NCBI RefSeq assembly: GCF_028291725.1
Contig: NZ_JAQGNT010000062.1
Span: 2,966-66,965 of the forward strand
Length of the DNA stretch: 64,000 bases
Direction: 5' to 3'
Source: Hydrocarboniphaga sp.
GTDB lineage: Bacteria; Pseudomonadota; Gammaproteobacteria; Nevskiales; Nevskiaceae
The notes beneath the pieces are model-generated. The model was not told the origin of the DNA and did not search any database. It was given only the letters and a program-made list of their open reading frames with translations. This document shows positions 27,469 to 38,030 of this stretch, in pieces. The first letter of the stretch is position 1. Each line of letters starts with the position of its first letter. Made by a program: the position numbers and the translations under genes.

Positions 27469-28720
27469 ACTGCCAGCGCGCGTCGGCGGGAAAGAAGTTG
27501 CGATAGCTGGAACGCAAATGCGAGCGCGACGATGCACAGGACCCGCCGCGCAGCACCCACTGGTTGCTCATGAATTTTCCGCTGTATTGGCCGACCGCAC
27601 CGGGGCCTGCCCGGTAACCGGGGTAAGCGATATAGGGGCTCGCGGTCCAGCACCAGACCGAACCGTAGATCGGCTCTGACGAGTGTTCGGTGACGATGCG
27701 CGGATGCAGTTCGCCGTCGGGCTGGTCGGCGAACTGGCCGGTGATGCGCCGGCCCCGGGCGGCCTGCTCCCATTCGAATTCGGTCGGCAAACGTGCTCCG
27801 GCCCAGCGTGCGTAGGCATCGGCCTCGAAAAAGCCGATATGGCAAACCGGGCGCTGCGCGTCGATCGCGTGCGTGCCGTGCAGCGTGAACTCGGCATCGA
27901 GTGTGTCGTTCCAGTACAGCGGATGCTGCCAGCGCTGCGCTTCGACCTGCGCCCAGCCTTCGGACAGCCACAGGCGCGGATCGCGATATCCGCCGTCGCG
28001 GATGAACTCGGCGTATTCGCCATTGGTGACCACGCGCGAGGCCAGCGCATAGGGCCGCAGCAGGACCCGGTGGCGTGGACCCTCGTTGTCGAACGCGAAG
28101 CCACGACCGGCATGGCCGATACCGACGATCCCGCCTTGATGCTCGCGCCACCGGAACGGCGGCGCTTCCGCCGCCATCAGGTTCTGCGGCCGGTATTCCG
28201 GCATCAGCGGGTTCTGCGCGAACAGATGCTTGATATCGGTGAGCAGCAGTTCCTGGTGCTGCTGCTCGTGATGCAGGCCGAGTTCCAGAAAATCGACTGC
28301 GGCCGGTGGCAGTGAATCGCGCAGCAGACCCTCCAGCAGCAGGCGGTCGACGTAGTGACGATAGGCCATGACCTCGTGCACGCTCGGCCGCGTCAACAGG
28401 CCGCGCTGATGGCGCGGATGCCGTCCGCCCGCACCTTGATCATCGGAGTTGAACAGGGACTCGAACCGCGGATGGAATACCTGGTAGTCGGCGCAATAGG
28501 GTTTGAGCACGAAGGTTTCGAAGAACCAGGTCGTATGCGCGAGATGCCACTTGGCCGGACTCGCATCCGGCATGCTCTGCGCGCCAGCGTCTTCGCCCGA
28601 CAGCGGCGCAGCGAGTTCCCGGGTATACGAGCGTATTCCCGCGAAACGCGCGGCCAGTGCTTCGTCGCGCGACGCAACGTCGATACGGTCGACCGCGACC
28701 GAAGGATTGAGCGGGGACAT
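27437..28720 (-). CDS. egtB: EgtB-like sulfoxide synthase (DinB_2 plus FGE-sulfatase domains)
   Basis: SPAKWHLAHTTWFFETFVLKP (DinB-like) and C-terminal GSVWCWTASPYIAYPGY...NQWVLRGGSCASS (FGE/SUMF fold). 427 aa, with no C-terminal methyltransferase, so not OvoA. Confidence 0.8.
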   Translation of the reverse strand: MSPLNPSVAVDRIDVASRDEALAARFAGIRSYTRELAAPLSGEDAGAQSMPDASPAKWHLAHTTWFFETFVLKPYCADYQVFHPRFESLFNSDDQGAGGRHPRHQRGLLTRPSVHEVMAYRHYVDRLLLEGLLRDSLPPAAVDFLELGLHHEQQHQELLLTDIKHLFAQNPLMPEYRPQNLMAAEAPPFRWREHQGGIVGIGHAGRGFAFDNEGPRHRVLLRPYALASRVVTNGEYAEFIRDGGYRDPRLWLSEGWAQVEAQRWQHPLYWNDTLDAEFTLHGTHAIDAQRPVCHIGFFEADAYARWAGARLPTEFEWEQAARGRRITGQFADQPDGELHPRIVTEHSSEPIYGSVWCWTASPYIAYPGYRAGPGAVGQYSGKFMSNQWVLRGGSCASSRSHLRSSYRNFFPADARWQFSGLRLAKEL

Positions 28721-29008
28721 CAGCGCGCGCTCCGATGGTGCAGCCTGGCCAGCGCGGGCCTTGCGGTCTCCGGCAACTTGCCCGGCACACCGCGGCGTAT
28801 CGCTCGATTTACAAGGCTCCGCATTTCGTCTCTCCTCACGAACGCGACTTTATAGGCACACGACATCTGCGCACACGACTACAGAGCAACCACCATGCCG
28901 GTGCTTATGGCTCGGTCTCGCAATGTTGCGTGCCGACGCCCGGGGGCAGTCGGTCCAGCTTAGTGGTAGCGTTTCGAACGCTGACCAGTATCTACCTTGG
29001 AGAATGTC

Positions 29009-29218
29009 ATGATCGATCACGTCTACAAGTCTTTGGAGTTGACTGGCTCGTCCTCGAAGAGCAGCGACGACGCGGTCAAAACAGCGATCTCGCGTGCGTC
29101 AAAGTCCATTCGCAACATCAAGTGGTTCCAGGTGACGGATGTTCGGGGACATGTGGCTGACGGAAACGTGGCTCATTGGCAGGTCACGATCAAGGTCGGG
29201 TTCACTCTCGAAGAGTGA
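29009..29218 (+). CDS. Dodecin family flavin-binding protein
   Basis: MIDHVYKSLELTGSSSKSSDDAVKTAISRASKSIRNIKWFQVTDVRGHVADGNVAHWQVTIKVGFTLEE. GGAGA RBS 5 nt upstream of the ATG at 29009. Confidence 0.8.
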   Translation: MIDHVYKSLELTGSSSKSSDDAVKTAISRASKSIRNIKWFQVTDVRGHVADGNVAHWQVTIKVGFTLEE

Positions 29219-29624
29219 GCCCTGCAAAAGGCGAGCTTCACCCTCGGCGACACCCTCAGCGACGTTTGACAACATCGTTTCGTAGGACGGTCTTGCTGTT
29301 GTAGCGCGTGGCTGGGAATAGCGGCGAGGGTTGATGCCCTGTTTGCGGGCTCGCTCAGGCGCCCGTCTCGGGCTCTTCACTGTCCACCATGTCAGCGCCT
29401 GTGGCCATGGCGCGATGGTGTCGGCCCGGTTTTTGTTAGGCCTACGTTTGGATTCGACCCGCTATTGTTACGCCGGGCCCACAAAACGATGTTGCAGTGC
29501 AGCGTGATCGTACCGAAGACCAAGCCGATCTTTCCGGCAGCACGCTGCGGGCTCCAGGCAAGCCGGCACCGCAAGCCATGGTGCATATTAGTTACCAGCA
29601 AGATCATCCATCAGGAGAGTCCTT

Positions 29625-29960
29625 ATGAAGAATCTGTCCTCAGCCGCCGACGTCGGCGCCGCGCGCGAAAATCTCGCCAGCGATTTCCATTCACTCGTCA
29701 ATCATGCCGAAGAACTGCTGCATGCGACGACTTCGCTTTCCAATGAGACCGTCGATATGGCGCGGCAGAAACTCAACGACAGTCTGCGTCAGGTGAAAGC
29801 GCAGATCGGCCCGGTGCGCGACGCCGCTTACGAGCGCGGCAAGCTGGCGGTCGATACTGCGGTGACGTTCGCGCGCGAGCGCCCGTGGCAGACCGCTGCA
29901 ATCGTCTGCCTCGCGGCACTCACCATCGGCTTCATCGGCAGTCTCGGCAGCAGGAAGTAA
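29625..29960 (+). CDS. ElaB/YqjD/DUF883 family membrane-anchored ribosome-binding protein
   Basis: Helical N-terminal part (LASDFHSLVNHAEELLHAT...ARQKLNDSLRQVK) and C-terminal anchor ERPWQTAAIVCLAALTIGFIG. AGGAG RBS. Confidence 0.85.
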   Translation: MKNLSSAADVGAARENLASDFHSLVNHAEELLHATTSLSNETVDMARQKLNDSLRQVKAQIGPVRDAAYERGKLAVDTAVTFARERPWQTAAIVCLAALTIGFIGSLGSRK

Positions 29961-30551
29961 ATGTCCGAGCCGCAGCCGCAGCAGAACGTCTCCGGGAAGC
30001 TGCAGGGCCTGGCGCAAGCCTTCCTGCAGTACGCCCGCGCGCGCGTCGATCTGCTGCAGCACGAATGGCGACAGGAGCAATCGCGGCTGTTGGGCCAGTT
30101 GGCACGTACCGGTATTTTCGCGCTCGGTGCGCTGATCAGCTTGCAGCTGATCTGCGCGTTCGTGCTGATCGCGTTCTGGGATACACCCTGGCGCCTGCAT
30201 GCGGCCGGCGGACTCGTGCTGTTGTTCGGCAGCGTTACCGGCCTGGCCTGGCGCGGCATGCAGGGCGGTCGCGATCACGACAGCCAGGCGTTCTCCAGCA
30301 CCATCGCCGCGTTCGACAAGGATCGGGAAATCTTCGATCGGCTGGCCGAGTTGCGCGACGAGGCCAAGAAGCCCGGGGAGCGCGCGCCGCCGTCACCGTC
30401 CGCGATCCCGGTCAGCCTTGCCGCGGCGAGGACGATCCCCGAGCCGACGCGATATTCCGACTCCGGCCGGTCCGCTGCGCATACGATCGAGCCGGCGCCA
30501 CCGGCATCCCGAGCCAACGGCGCATCGACGCCGGCATCATCTCGCTCCTGA
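29961..30551 (+). CDS. YqjE-like / phage-holin-family (PF07332-like) membrane protein
   Basis: Start abuts the elaB-like stop (TAAATG). LQYARARVDLLQHEWRQEQSRL plus two TM segments. Long Pro/Ala-rich C-terminal tail. Confidence 0.65.
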   Translation: MSEPQPQQNVSGKLQGLAQAFLQYARARVDLLQHEWRQEQSRLLGQLARTGIFALGALISLQLICAFVLIAFWDTPWRLHAAGGLVLLFGSVTGLAWRGMQGGRDHDSQAFSSTIAAFDKDREIFDRLAELRDEAKKPGERAPPSPSAIPVSLAAARTIPEPTRYSDSGRSAAHTIEPAPPASRANGASTPASSRS

Positions 30552-30558
30552 GGAAGAC

Positions 30559-30963
30559 ATGAGCCCCGCAACATCAGAAAAAGTGCCGGACGCAGTGCCC
30601 GCCCAATCGCTTTCCGACGCGGAACTGATCGCCAGACTGGATCGCAGCCGCAACGAGCTGATGGAAGCCGCGGGTGCGCTGCAAAAGCCGCTGCATACGG
30701 TGCAACGCGTCGAGAACCTGATGCGCACGGTATTGCCGCTCCTGCCGTATGCGGTGGCGGCCATCGCCGTGCTCGGCGTCGCCAGCTCGCTGCGCAGCGG
30801 CCGCAAGCTCAGACCGGTGCTGCTGATCGCCACCGGCCTGGATGTGTGGCGACTGTGGAAGAGTTACAAGCTGACTGCGGCCCTGCCCTCGCCGGGATCG
30901 GCGTCGGTGCACGCCACCCGTCGACCGGATAGCGCGCAGACGCGCACGACCGGTTATCCCTGA
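30559..30963 (+). CDS. YqjK-like protein
   Basis: Third gene of the yqjD-yqjE-yqjK-type arrangement. LIARLDRSRNELMEAAGALQKPLHTVQRVENLMR followed by TM segments. Confidence 0.55.
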   Translation: MSPATSEKVPDAVPAQSLSDAELIARLDRSRNELMEAAGALQKPLHTVQRVENLMRTVLPLLPYAVAAIAVLGVASSLRSGRKLRPVLLIATGLDVWRLWKSYKLTAALPSPGSASVHATRRPDSAQTRTTGYP

Positions 30964-30976
30964 GGAGGATCGAACA

Positions 30977-31201
30977 ATGAGTTTCTGGACCACAAGCAAA
31001 ACCGTGCTGGCGCTGGTGTCGATCGGCATCCTGATGACGCCGGTACTGCGCCGCCTCGGCTACCTGCCACCGGAAAACAGCGAAGCACCGGCCGGCGACG
31101 AAGCCGCCGGCGGCAACCAGACCGGCGCTGCCGATGCCGCCCCACCGGAATTGAACCTGCCGCACAACGGCAGCGGCGGCGAAAGCGCTCCGCGTCACTA
31201 A
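30977..31201 (+). CDS. hypothetical small membrane protein (74 aa)
   Basis: AGGAGG RBS 9 nt upstream. One TM segment (TVLALVSIGILMTPVL), then an acidic/Gly-rich tail. Confidence 0.4.
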   Translation: MSFWTTSKTVLALVSIGILMTPVLRRLGYLPPENSEAPAGDEAAGGNQTGAADAAPPELNLPHNGSGGESAPRH

Positions 31202-31214
31202 GGATGCCACGCGG

Positions 31215-32576
<1,362 letters not shown>

Positions 32577-32775
32577 CTTTTCACGACTCCGTACTTGGGC
32601 TGCGCCGTCGATGCGGCGCTGAGCATTATGGCATTGGGCTAATCCGATCCAGCGCTCAGCGCCCCGCGCTGCAAATCAGCCTGCACGCCATTTTGTCCTT
32701 GCAAGCTGCACGCCGGATGAAGCACATGCAAAGAGGCACCCTAACAACAACAAGCACTTAGTTCGGATCTGCCGC

Positions 32776-32790
32776 TGGCACGAAGCGTGA
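32776..32790 (+). promoter_or_regulatory. Sigma-54-like -24/-12 element (imperfect)
   Basis: TGGCACGaagcGTGA. The -24 half TGGCACG is perfect. The -12 half reads GTGA instead of TTGC, giving GG-N10-GA rather than GG-N10-GC. Confidence 0.3.
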
Positions 32791-32794
32791 GACA

Positions 32795-32882
32795 AGCAGA
32801 GCGTAGTCCCCCAGGTCGCGTTCACCGACCCGTACGCGACCTAAGCCCGCTAAGGGGCGGAGCCTCCTCCGCCCCTTTTTTT
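32795..32882 (+). ncRNA. Candidate small RNA (5-prime end uncertain) ending at a strong intrinsic terminator
   Basis: No + strand CDS upstream. Internal hairpin aggtcgcg-N14-cgcgacct. Terminator at 32852-32882. Confidence 0.35.
32852..32882 (+). terminator. Rho-independent terminator (orphan; no upstream CDS on this strand)
   Basis: aaggggcggag-cct-ctccgcccctt followed by an 8-T run. The reverse complement lacks a T tract, so it is unidirectional. Confidence 0.75.
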
Positions 32883-33052
32883 GCCCGCGATTCGGCGCGT
32901 CGATGCAGTTGACGCAGGCGGCCTGCAAACTGCGCGGGCTGACGCTTCCGTATCGGCGATTCGCAGGCGTTCCAGGCGATGCGCGCTCTAAAAAAGTCCA
33001 TCAGAACAGATGACTAGGCTCCGGCACGGAGCTTGAGGCGAGAGCTGCGCCC

Positions 33053-33460
33053 ATGCGCACGTCTATCGCCACTGCCGAGATCCCTAGCCGTACCGCGACC
33101 CAGCTGACGGCAGGACTGCTGTCAGCCGCCGCCATTGCCGATGGCATGTATCTGCTGGCCGGATGGCCGCTGCCGGACATAGCGGCATTCTGGCTGTTGA
33201 ACCTGTATCTGCTGACCGGCCTGCTGCTGCTGCCGCTGCTGCTGCAAGGTCGCCGGCGCGCCGTGCCACGGCTCGTTGCAATGGCACTGTGCGCCGCCAG
33301 CCTGGGCACGCGCCTGGGCAGCAGCGCGGCAGTGGATGCGTCGGGCCTGCCTCATCTGCTGCTGATGATGGCGGCGCTGCTGAATCTGAGACCGTTATCA
33401 CTGGTGCCCGGCCCGCTCGTCGCCGACCGCTCCGCCACCGTATCGAACATCCAGAACTGA
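33053..33460 (+). CDS. hypothetical polytopic membrane protein (135 aa)
   Basis: Leu-rich hydrophobic segments (AAFWLLNLYLLTGLLLLPLLLQG). Moderate GC3. No homology recognised and the RBS is weak. Confidence 0.4.
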   Translation: MRTSIATAEIPSRTATQLTAGLLSAAAIADGMYLLAGWPLPDIAAFWLLNLYLLTGLLLLPLLLQGRRRAVPRLVAMALCAASLGTRLGSSAAVDASGLPHLLLMMAALLNLRPLSLVPGPLVADRSATVSNIQN

Positions 33461-33613
33461 AGGACAAGGCGCAGTGCCAGGTTCGACTCGGCGTTTTGGA
33501 TTCATCGAGATTACATATCGCTTTCACGAAGCCGCCACATCGGACACCTAAGATCACTTTGGGCGCGACTTTTTTGCGTCACGGTATCGTAACGTCCAGG
33601 CTGACAACTGATC

Positions 33614-35323
33614 GTGGAAAATGAGCAATACGTCGTCGCCGTCCTGATCGGGCTTGTTCTGCTCCGCTTGCTGGCCCGACGTCTCCGCCTGTCTCTCGCC
33701 AAACACCCCTCATTGCGCGGTCACGCGAAGATGTCGCGCCGGGTCGCCGCGCTGCTCAGCTTTTTCGACTACGACGCGGAACGCTATTTCAGCAGCGATC
33801 TCGCTCCTGCCGAAGTCGCAGCGCAGCGACGCTCCGGCATGGAACGTCTGCGGCAACAAGTCGTCGCCAGGTCGCCGACGACCCTGGCTTTCTGTGAATC
33901 GCTGGAAAGCAGCATCTCGGATGTGCAGTTCACCAGCCAGCACCGGGTTCCCTTTCCATACCGCAACCTGCTTCCGCAGGAATTGAAAAGCGGCAGCGCG
34001 GTAACGCGCTCGCAGGAAACCCGCGTCTGCGATCTGGACGGAAACTGGCGCTACGACGTTTCCGGTTCCTACGGGGTCAACGTATTTGGCTATGACTTCT
34101 ACAAGGAATGCCTGAGCGAGGGCTATTCGGCAGCCGCCGACCTGGGCGCCGTTCTCGGCCCCTATCATCCGGCAATCCGCGAAAACGTCACCGCGCTCAA
34201 GGCAATATCCGGCCTGGACGAAGTGTCGTTCCACATGTCCGGTACCGAAGCGGTGATGCAGGCGGTGCGCCTCGCGCGCTATCACACCGGCAAGACCCAT
34301 CTGGTCAGACTGTGCGGCGCGTATCACGGCTGGTGGGATGGTGTGCAGCCCGGCGTCGGCAATCAGCGCCGCGTCAACGATGTCTACACGCTGGCGGATC
34401 TGAGCCCTCGCACACTGCAGGTGCTGGAGACCCGGAACGATATCGCCTGCGTGCTGATCAATCCGCTGCAGGCGCTACATCCGAACGCGGACGCACCCGG
34501 CGACGCGACCCTGGTCAGCAGCGATCGAAGCACCGCGTTCGACCGCGCAAACTATTCGCGCTGGCTCGCGAGCATCCGCGACATCTGCACGCGGCGCGGA
34601 ATCGTGCTGATCTTCGACGAGGTGTTCACTGGGTTTCGGCTCGCTTATCGCGGCGCCCAGGACTACTTTTCGATTCAGGCCGACATGGTCACCTACGGCA
34701 AGACTTTGGGTGGAGGCTTGCCGGTCGGCGTGCTCTGCGGCCGCGCGGCCCTGATGAAACGTTTCAAGGAAGCGCAGCCTGCCAACATCTCTTTCGCGCG
34801 CGGCACCTTCAACTCGCATCCGTACGTGATGACCTGCATGGCGGCATTTCTTCAGCGGGTCCGCCTCCCGCAATACCAGGAACTCTATGCGCAGGCCGAT
34901 ACGCTGTGGAACACCCGGGTCGAAAACCTCAACCGGGATCTGGCCGGCGCGGAGCTGCCGGTACGGCTCGCCAATCTGCACAGCATTCTGACCATCCTTT
35001 ACACAGCACCATCGCGCTACAACTGGATGCTGCAATTCTACCTGCGCGCCGAAAGCCTGGAGCTCAGCTGGGTCGGTAGCGGGCGGATGATCATGAGCCT
35101 GAACTATTCAGACCGCGACTTCGCCGAAGTGGCAAGGCGCTTTCAGCGCGCCGCGCAGCAGATGAAAAACGACGGCTGGTGGTGGAGCGCGCCGCATCTG
35201 AGCAATCAGTGGATCAAGCATCAGATGCTGAAGGACATGCTGGCATACCGTTTCAAATGGCTGACCGGCAAGCGCGAGGCATCGGCAAACGGTGCACCGA
35301 CGGCGATCGGGGAAAGCCGCTGA
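33614..35323 (+). CDS. Class III PLP-dependent aminotransferase / glutamate-1-semialdehyde aminomutase-like protein with N-terminal TM extension
   Basis: SFHMSGTEAVMQAVRLARYHTGK, IFDEVFTGFRLAYRGAQDYF, PLP-lysine motif MVTYGKTLGGGLPVG. GTG start at 33614. About 150-aa N-terminal extension with one TM segment. Confidence 0.85.
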   Translation: MENEQYVVAVLIGLVLLRLLARRLRLSLAKHPSLRGHAKMSRRVAALLSFFDYDAERYFSSDLAPAEVAAQRRSGMERLRQQVVARSPTTLAFCESLESSISDVQFTSQHRVPFPYRNLLPQELKSGSAVTRSQETRVCDLDGNWRYDVSGSYGVNVFGYDFYKECLSEGYSAAADLGAVLGPYHPAIRENVTALKAISGLDEVSFHMSGTEAVMQAVRLARYHTGKTHLVRLCGAYHGWWDGVQPGVGNQRRVNDVYTLADLSPRTLQVLETRNDIACVLINPLQALHPNADAPGDATLVSSDRSTAFDRANYSRWLASIRDICTRRGIVLIFDEVFTGFRLAYRGAQDYFSIQADMVTYGKTLGGGLPVGVLCGRAALMKRFKEAQPANISFARGTFNSHPYVMTCMAAFLQRVRLPQYQELYAQADTLWNTRVENLNRDLAGAELPVRLANLHSILTILYTAPSRYNWMLQFYLRAESLELSWVGSGRMIMSLNYSDRDFAEVARRFQRAAQQMKNDGWWWSAPHLSNQWIKHQMLKDMLAYRFKWLTGKREASANGAPTAIGESR

Positions 35324-35324
35324 C

Positions 35325-38027
35325 ATGGCCGGTCGAACCAGTCTTCAGCATGCGACTTTCCGCGACGATCTGCACGCGGAGTTCAAGCGCTACCTGATGG
35401 CGGAAAGTGCCCGCTTCGATCGGGCCGAATGCCTACGCATCGATTTCCACTGCCATGATCACAACAGCGACGTACCCGACGAGCTCTGGGGACGCATTCT
35501 CGGCTTGCCGGAAACCTGGCTGAAGACGAGCAAATTGGTGAAGTGCCTGCAAGGCAACGGCAGCGACGTGCTGACCATCACCAATCACAACAACGCACGC
35601 TCGTGCTGGAAACTGCTGGAAAAAGGCCTAGACGTGCTCGTCGGCGCGGAGTTCACCTGCTTCTTCCCGGGCCACGATCTCTATCTGCACGTGCTCACCT
35701 ATGGCTTCACGCCGGAGCAGGAAGCCGTCCTGAACCGCAAGCGCGCCGACGTCTACGATTTTCTGCGCTATGCCGCCGAGCACGATATCCCGGTCATACA
35801 ACCGCACCCGCTGTATCTCTATACCCGGCAGCCGGGCATCAATCCGGAGCTGTACGAAAAGCTGGCGCTGCTGTTCCAGAACTTCGAAGTGCTCAACGGG
35901 CAGCGTGATGTCTGGCAAAGCGTACTAACGCTGCACTGGGCGCAGGGCCTGACCGAAGAGAAGCTGCGGCGCTACAGCCGCAAGCACGGTATCGATGCTA
36001 CGGATTTCGGCGTTTCGATCGAGCGCGCCAAAACACTGACCGGCGGTTCCGATGACCACATGGGACTTTCCGCCGGGCAATGCGGATCGTCGCTGTGGGT
36101 TCCTGATCTGGCGCGGCGGCTGCGGGATACCGCAGCGTCGACTCTCGCTCTCGAAGCCCTGCGCGCGGGCCGGGTCGCTCCCTTCGGGGACGTCGGAGAG
36201 AACCAGAAGCTCAACATCGCGTTGCTGGACTACTTTGCCCAGGCCGCGACACGCATCGAAGATCCGGGCTTGCTGCGGATGCTGTTCCACCGCGGCGAAC
36301 TCAAGGACAAGGTCGCCTGCTTCGCCGTGGCCAATGCACTGCTGGAGCTGAAGAAGCACAAAAAGACGCAGATGTTCGTGTCCTTCGTACACGACGCGCT
36401 TCACGGCAAGAAGCCGGACTGGCTGGTTCGATGGAACGTGTCGAAAGACTACCGGTTCTGCGTCAAACACCTGGAAAAGATCGCCGACAGCCGCAGAGAC
36501 GCACCGGACCAGTTCGTCCCAGCGGTAAACGAGGCCGTCGCCGACATGTTCCGGGGACTCAGCAAGCTCGCGATCAAACGCCTGCGTGCCTCGATTCCGA
36601 AGTCGGACGATCTGCTGAGCGACCTTTCGACCGAGTCGCTGATCCGCAGCTTCGAGATACCGAGTCAGCTCAGCGCCATGCTGCTGGGCTCTACGGCAAG
36701 CGGCAAGAAGTCCGGCAAGCTGGATTTCAAAGAGCTGCTCGACCAGCTTGCGTTTCCGGCGCTGATCGGCGTGGTGCTGGCCGGCGCCCAGTTCGCCAGT
36801 ACTCGGGCGCTCTACGAGAACCGCGAATTTCTGAATACCTTCGCCCGCCAGCTGGGCCGCAGTCAGCATCCGCAACGCGCGCTGTATCTCACGGACACGC
36901 TGCGCGACAAGAATGGCGTATCCAATTCACTGTCCGGAAAACTGGCCGAGATCCAGCGCAAGGATCTGCCGATCGATTTTCTGATCTGCCACGCGGACGC
37001 CGCGCCCGAACCACAGCTCCATGTGGTTCAGCCACTGGCCGAGTTCAGTTTCCCGAAGTTGGCGGAGCAGACCTTCCGCATACCGGACCTGCTGGAAATC
37101 GCCAACATCTTCTACCGCGGAGGCTACGACCGCATCGTCTGCTCCACCGAGGGCCCGATGGTCGTCGTCGCGCTGTTCCTGAAGCACATGTTCAATGTGC
37201 CTGCGCATTTCTTCATGCACACCGACTGGATGGATTTCCTGCGCCACACCACCGATCTGAATCAGCACGAACGCGACCGCATCCGGCGCCTGCTAAGGAC
37301 GCTCTACCACCAGTTCGACAGCGTATTCGTGCTCAATTCCGATCATCGCGCCTGGCTGACCGGTCACGAGATGGGGCTTGCAGAAAGCGCCGTGCATCTG
37401 ACGGCGCATCACACCGAACCCGCGACCTTCAACGTCGTCGCGACGCGCAAGTCCGAGCTGATTCCGGGTGCCAACGCCAGTACTCCGGTGCTGTTTACCG
37501 CATGCCGAATCAGCAAGGAGAAGGGCGTACTGGAACTGCCCGAGATCTATCACCAGGCCCGGCTTGCGATTCCTGATCTGAAGCTGGTGATTGCCGGCTC
37601 CGGTCCCGCGGAGAGCAAGCTTCGCAAAGCCCTGCCGGAAGCCACGTTCCTCGGCTGGGTCGACCGCCAGCAGCTCGCGCAGCTGTACGCAGGCCTGGAC
37701 CTGTTCGTCTTCCCATCGAAGTTCGACACCTTCGGCAACGTCATTCTCGAAGCATTTTCACAGGGCATGCCAGTGCTGGCCTACAACTGCAAGGGCCCGA
37801 AGGACATTATCCAGAATGGCCGCAACGGCTATCTGGTGGACAGCATCGACGCGATGTCCGAGCGCATCGTGCAGCATTTCGAGAGCCGCGAACGCCATGC
37901 CGCGATGCGGCGCGAAGCCCTCAAGCGCGTTGCGGACTACCAGGCCGAACCGATCATGCGCCAGTTCCTGCAGGACCTCGGGCTGCAAGGGCCCGCGGAG
38001 AGGGTCGCACAGCGGACCGCGGCCTGA
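35325..38027 (+). CDS. Fusion protein: N-terminal PHP-domain phosphoesterase, C-terminal GT4 (group 1) glycosyltransferase
   Basis: PHP motifs IDFHCHDHNSD, ITNHNN, LHVLTYG. C-terminal GT-B part ISKEKGV...LVIAGSGP...FVFPSKFDTFGNVILEAFSQGMPVLAYN (EX7E). Start 35325 (TGAcATG junction). Confidence 0.8.
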   Translation: MAGRTSLQHATFRDDLHAEFKRYLMAESARFDRAECLRIDFHCHDHNSDVPDELWGRILGLPETWLKTSKLVKCLQGNGSDVLTITNHNNARSCWKLLEKGLDVLVGAEFTCFFPGHDLYLHVLTYGFTPEQEAVLNRKRADVYDFLRYAAEHDIPVIQPHPLYLYTRQPGINPELYEKLALLFQNFEVLNGQRDVWQSVLTLHWAQGLTEEKLRRYSRKHGIDATDFGVSIERAKTLTGGSDDHMGLSAGQCGSSLWVPDLARRLRDTAASTLALEALRAGRVAPFGDVGENQKLNIALLDYFAQAATRIEDPGLLRMLFHRGELKDKVACFAVANALLELKKHKKTQMFVSFVHDALHGKKPDWLVRWNVSKDYRFCVKHLEKIADSRRDAPDQFVPAVNEAVADMFRGLSKLAIKRLRASIPKSDDLLSDLSTESLIRSFEIPSQLSAMLLGSTASGKKSGKLDFKELLDQLAFPALIGVVLAGAQFASTRALYENREFLNTFARQLGRSQHPQRALYLTDTLRDKNGVSNSLSGKLAEIQRKDLPIDFLICHADAAPEPQLHVVQPLAEFSFPKLAEQTFRIPDLLEIANIFYRGGYDRIVCSTEGPMVVVALFLKHMFNVPAHFFMHTDWMDFLRHTTDLNQHERDRIRRLLRTLYHQFDSVFVLNSDHRAWLTGHEMGLAESAVHLTAHHTEPATFNVVATRKSELIPGANASTPVLFTACRISKEKGVLELPEIYHQARLAIPDLKLVIAGSGPAESKLRKALPEATFLGWVDRQQLAQLYAGLDLFVFPSKFDTFGNVILEAFSQGMPVLAYNCKGPKDIIQNGRNGYLVDSIDAMSERIVQHFESRERHAAMRREALKRVADYQAEPIMRQFLQDLGLQGPAERVAQRTAA

Positions 38028-38030
38028 ACC

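Noticed and set aside
32717-32761. 14-codon mini-ORF MKHMQRGTLTTTST as a Thr-attenuation leader peptide upstream of the orphan terminator
   Set aside because: It has no convincing RBS. The downstream genes are unrelated to Thr or Ile biosynthesis. I could not identify an alternative anti-terminator pairing. It is kept only as an alternative to the sRNA hypothesis.
33461-33613. Sigma-54 promoter in front of the aminotransferase operon (TTGGGCGCGACTTTTTTGCG)
   Set aside because: The GG and GC dinucleotides are 12 nt apart rather than 10, and the -24 block is TGGGCG rather than TGGCAC. This is not a credible -24/-12 promoter, so linkage of the operon to the adjacent sigma-54 regulator remains unsupported.
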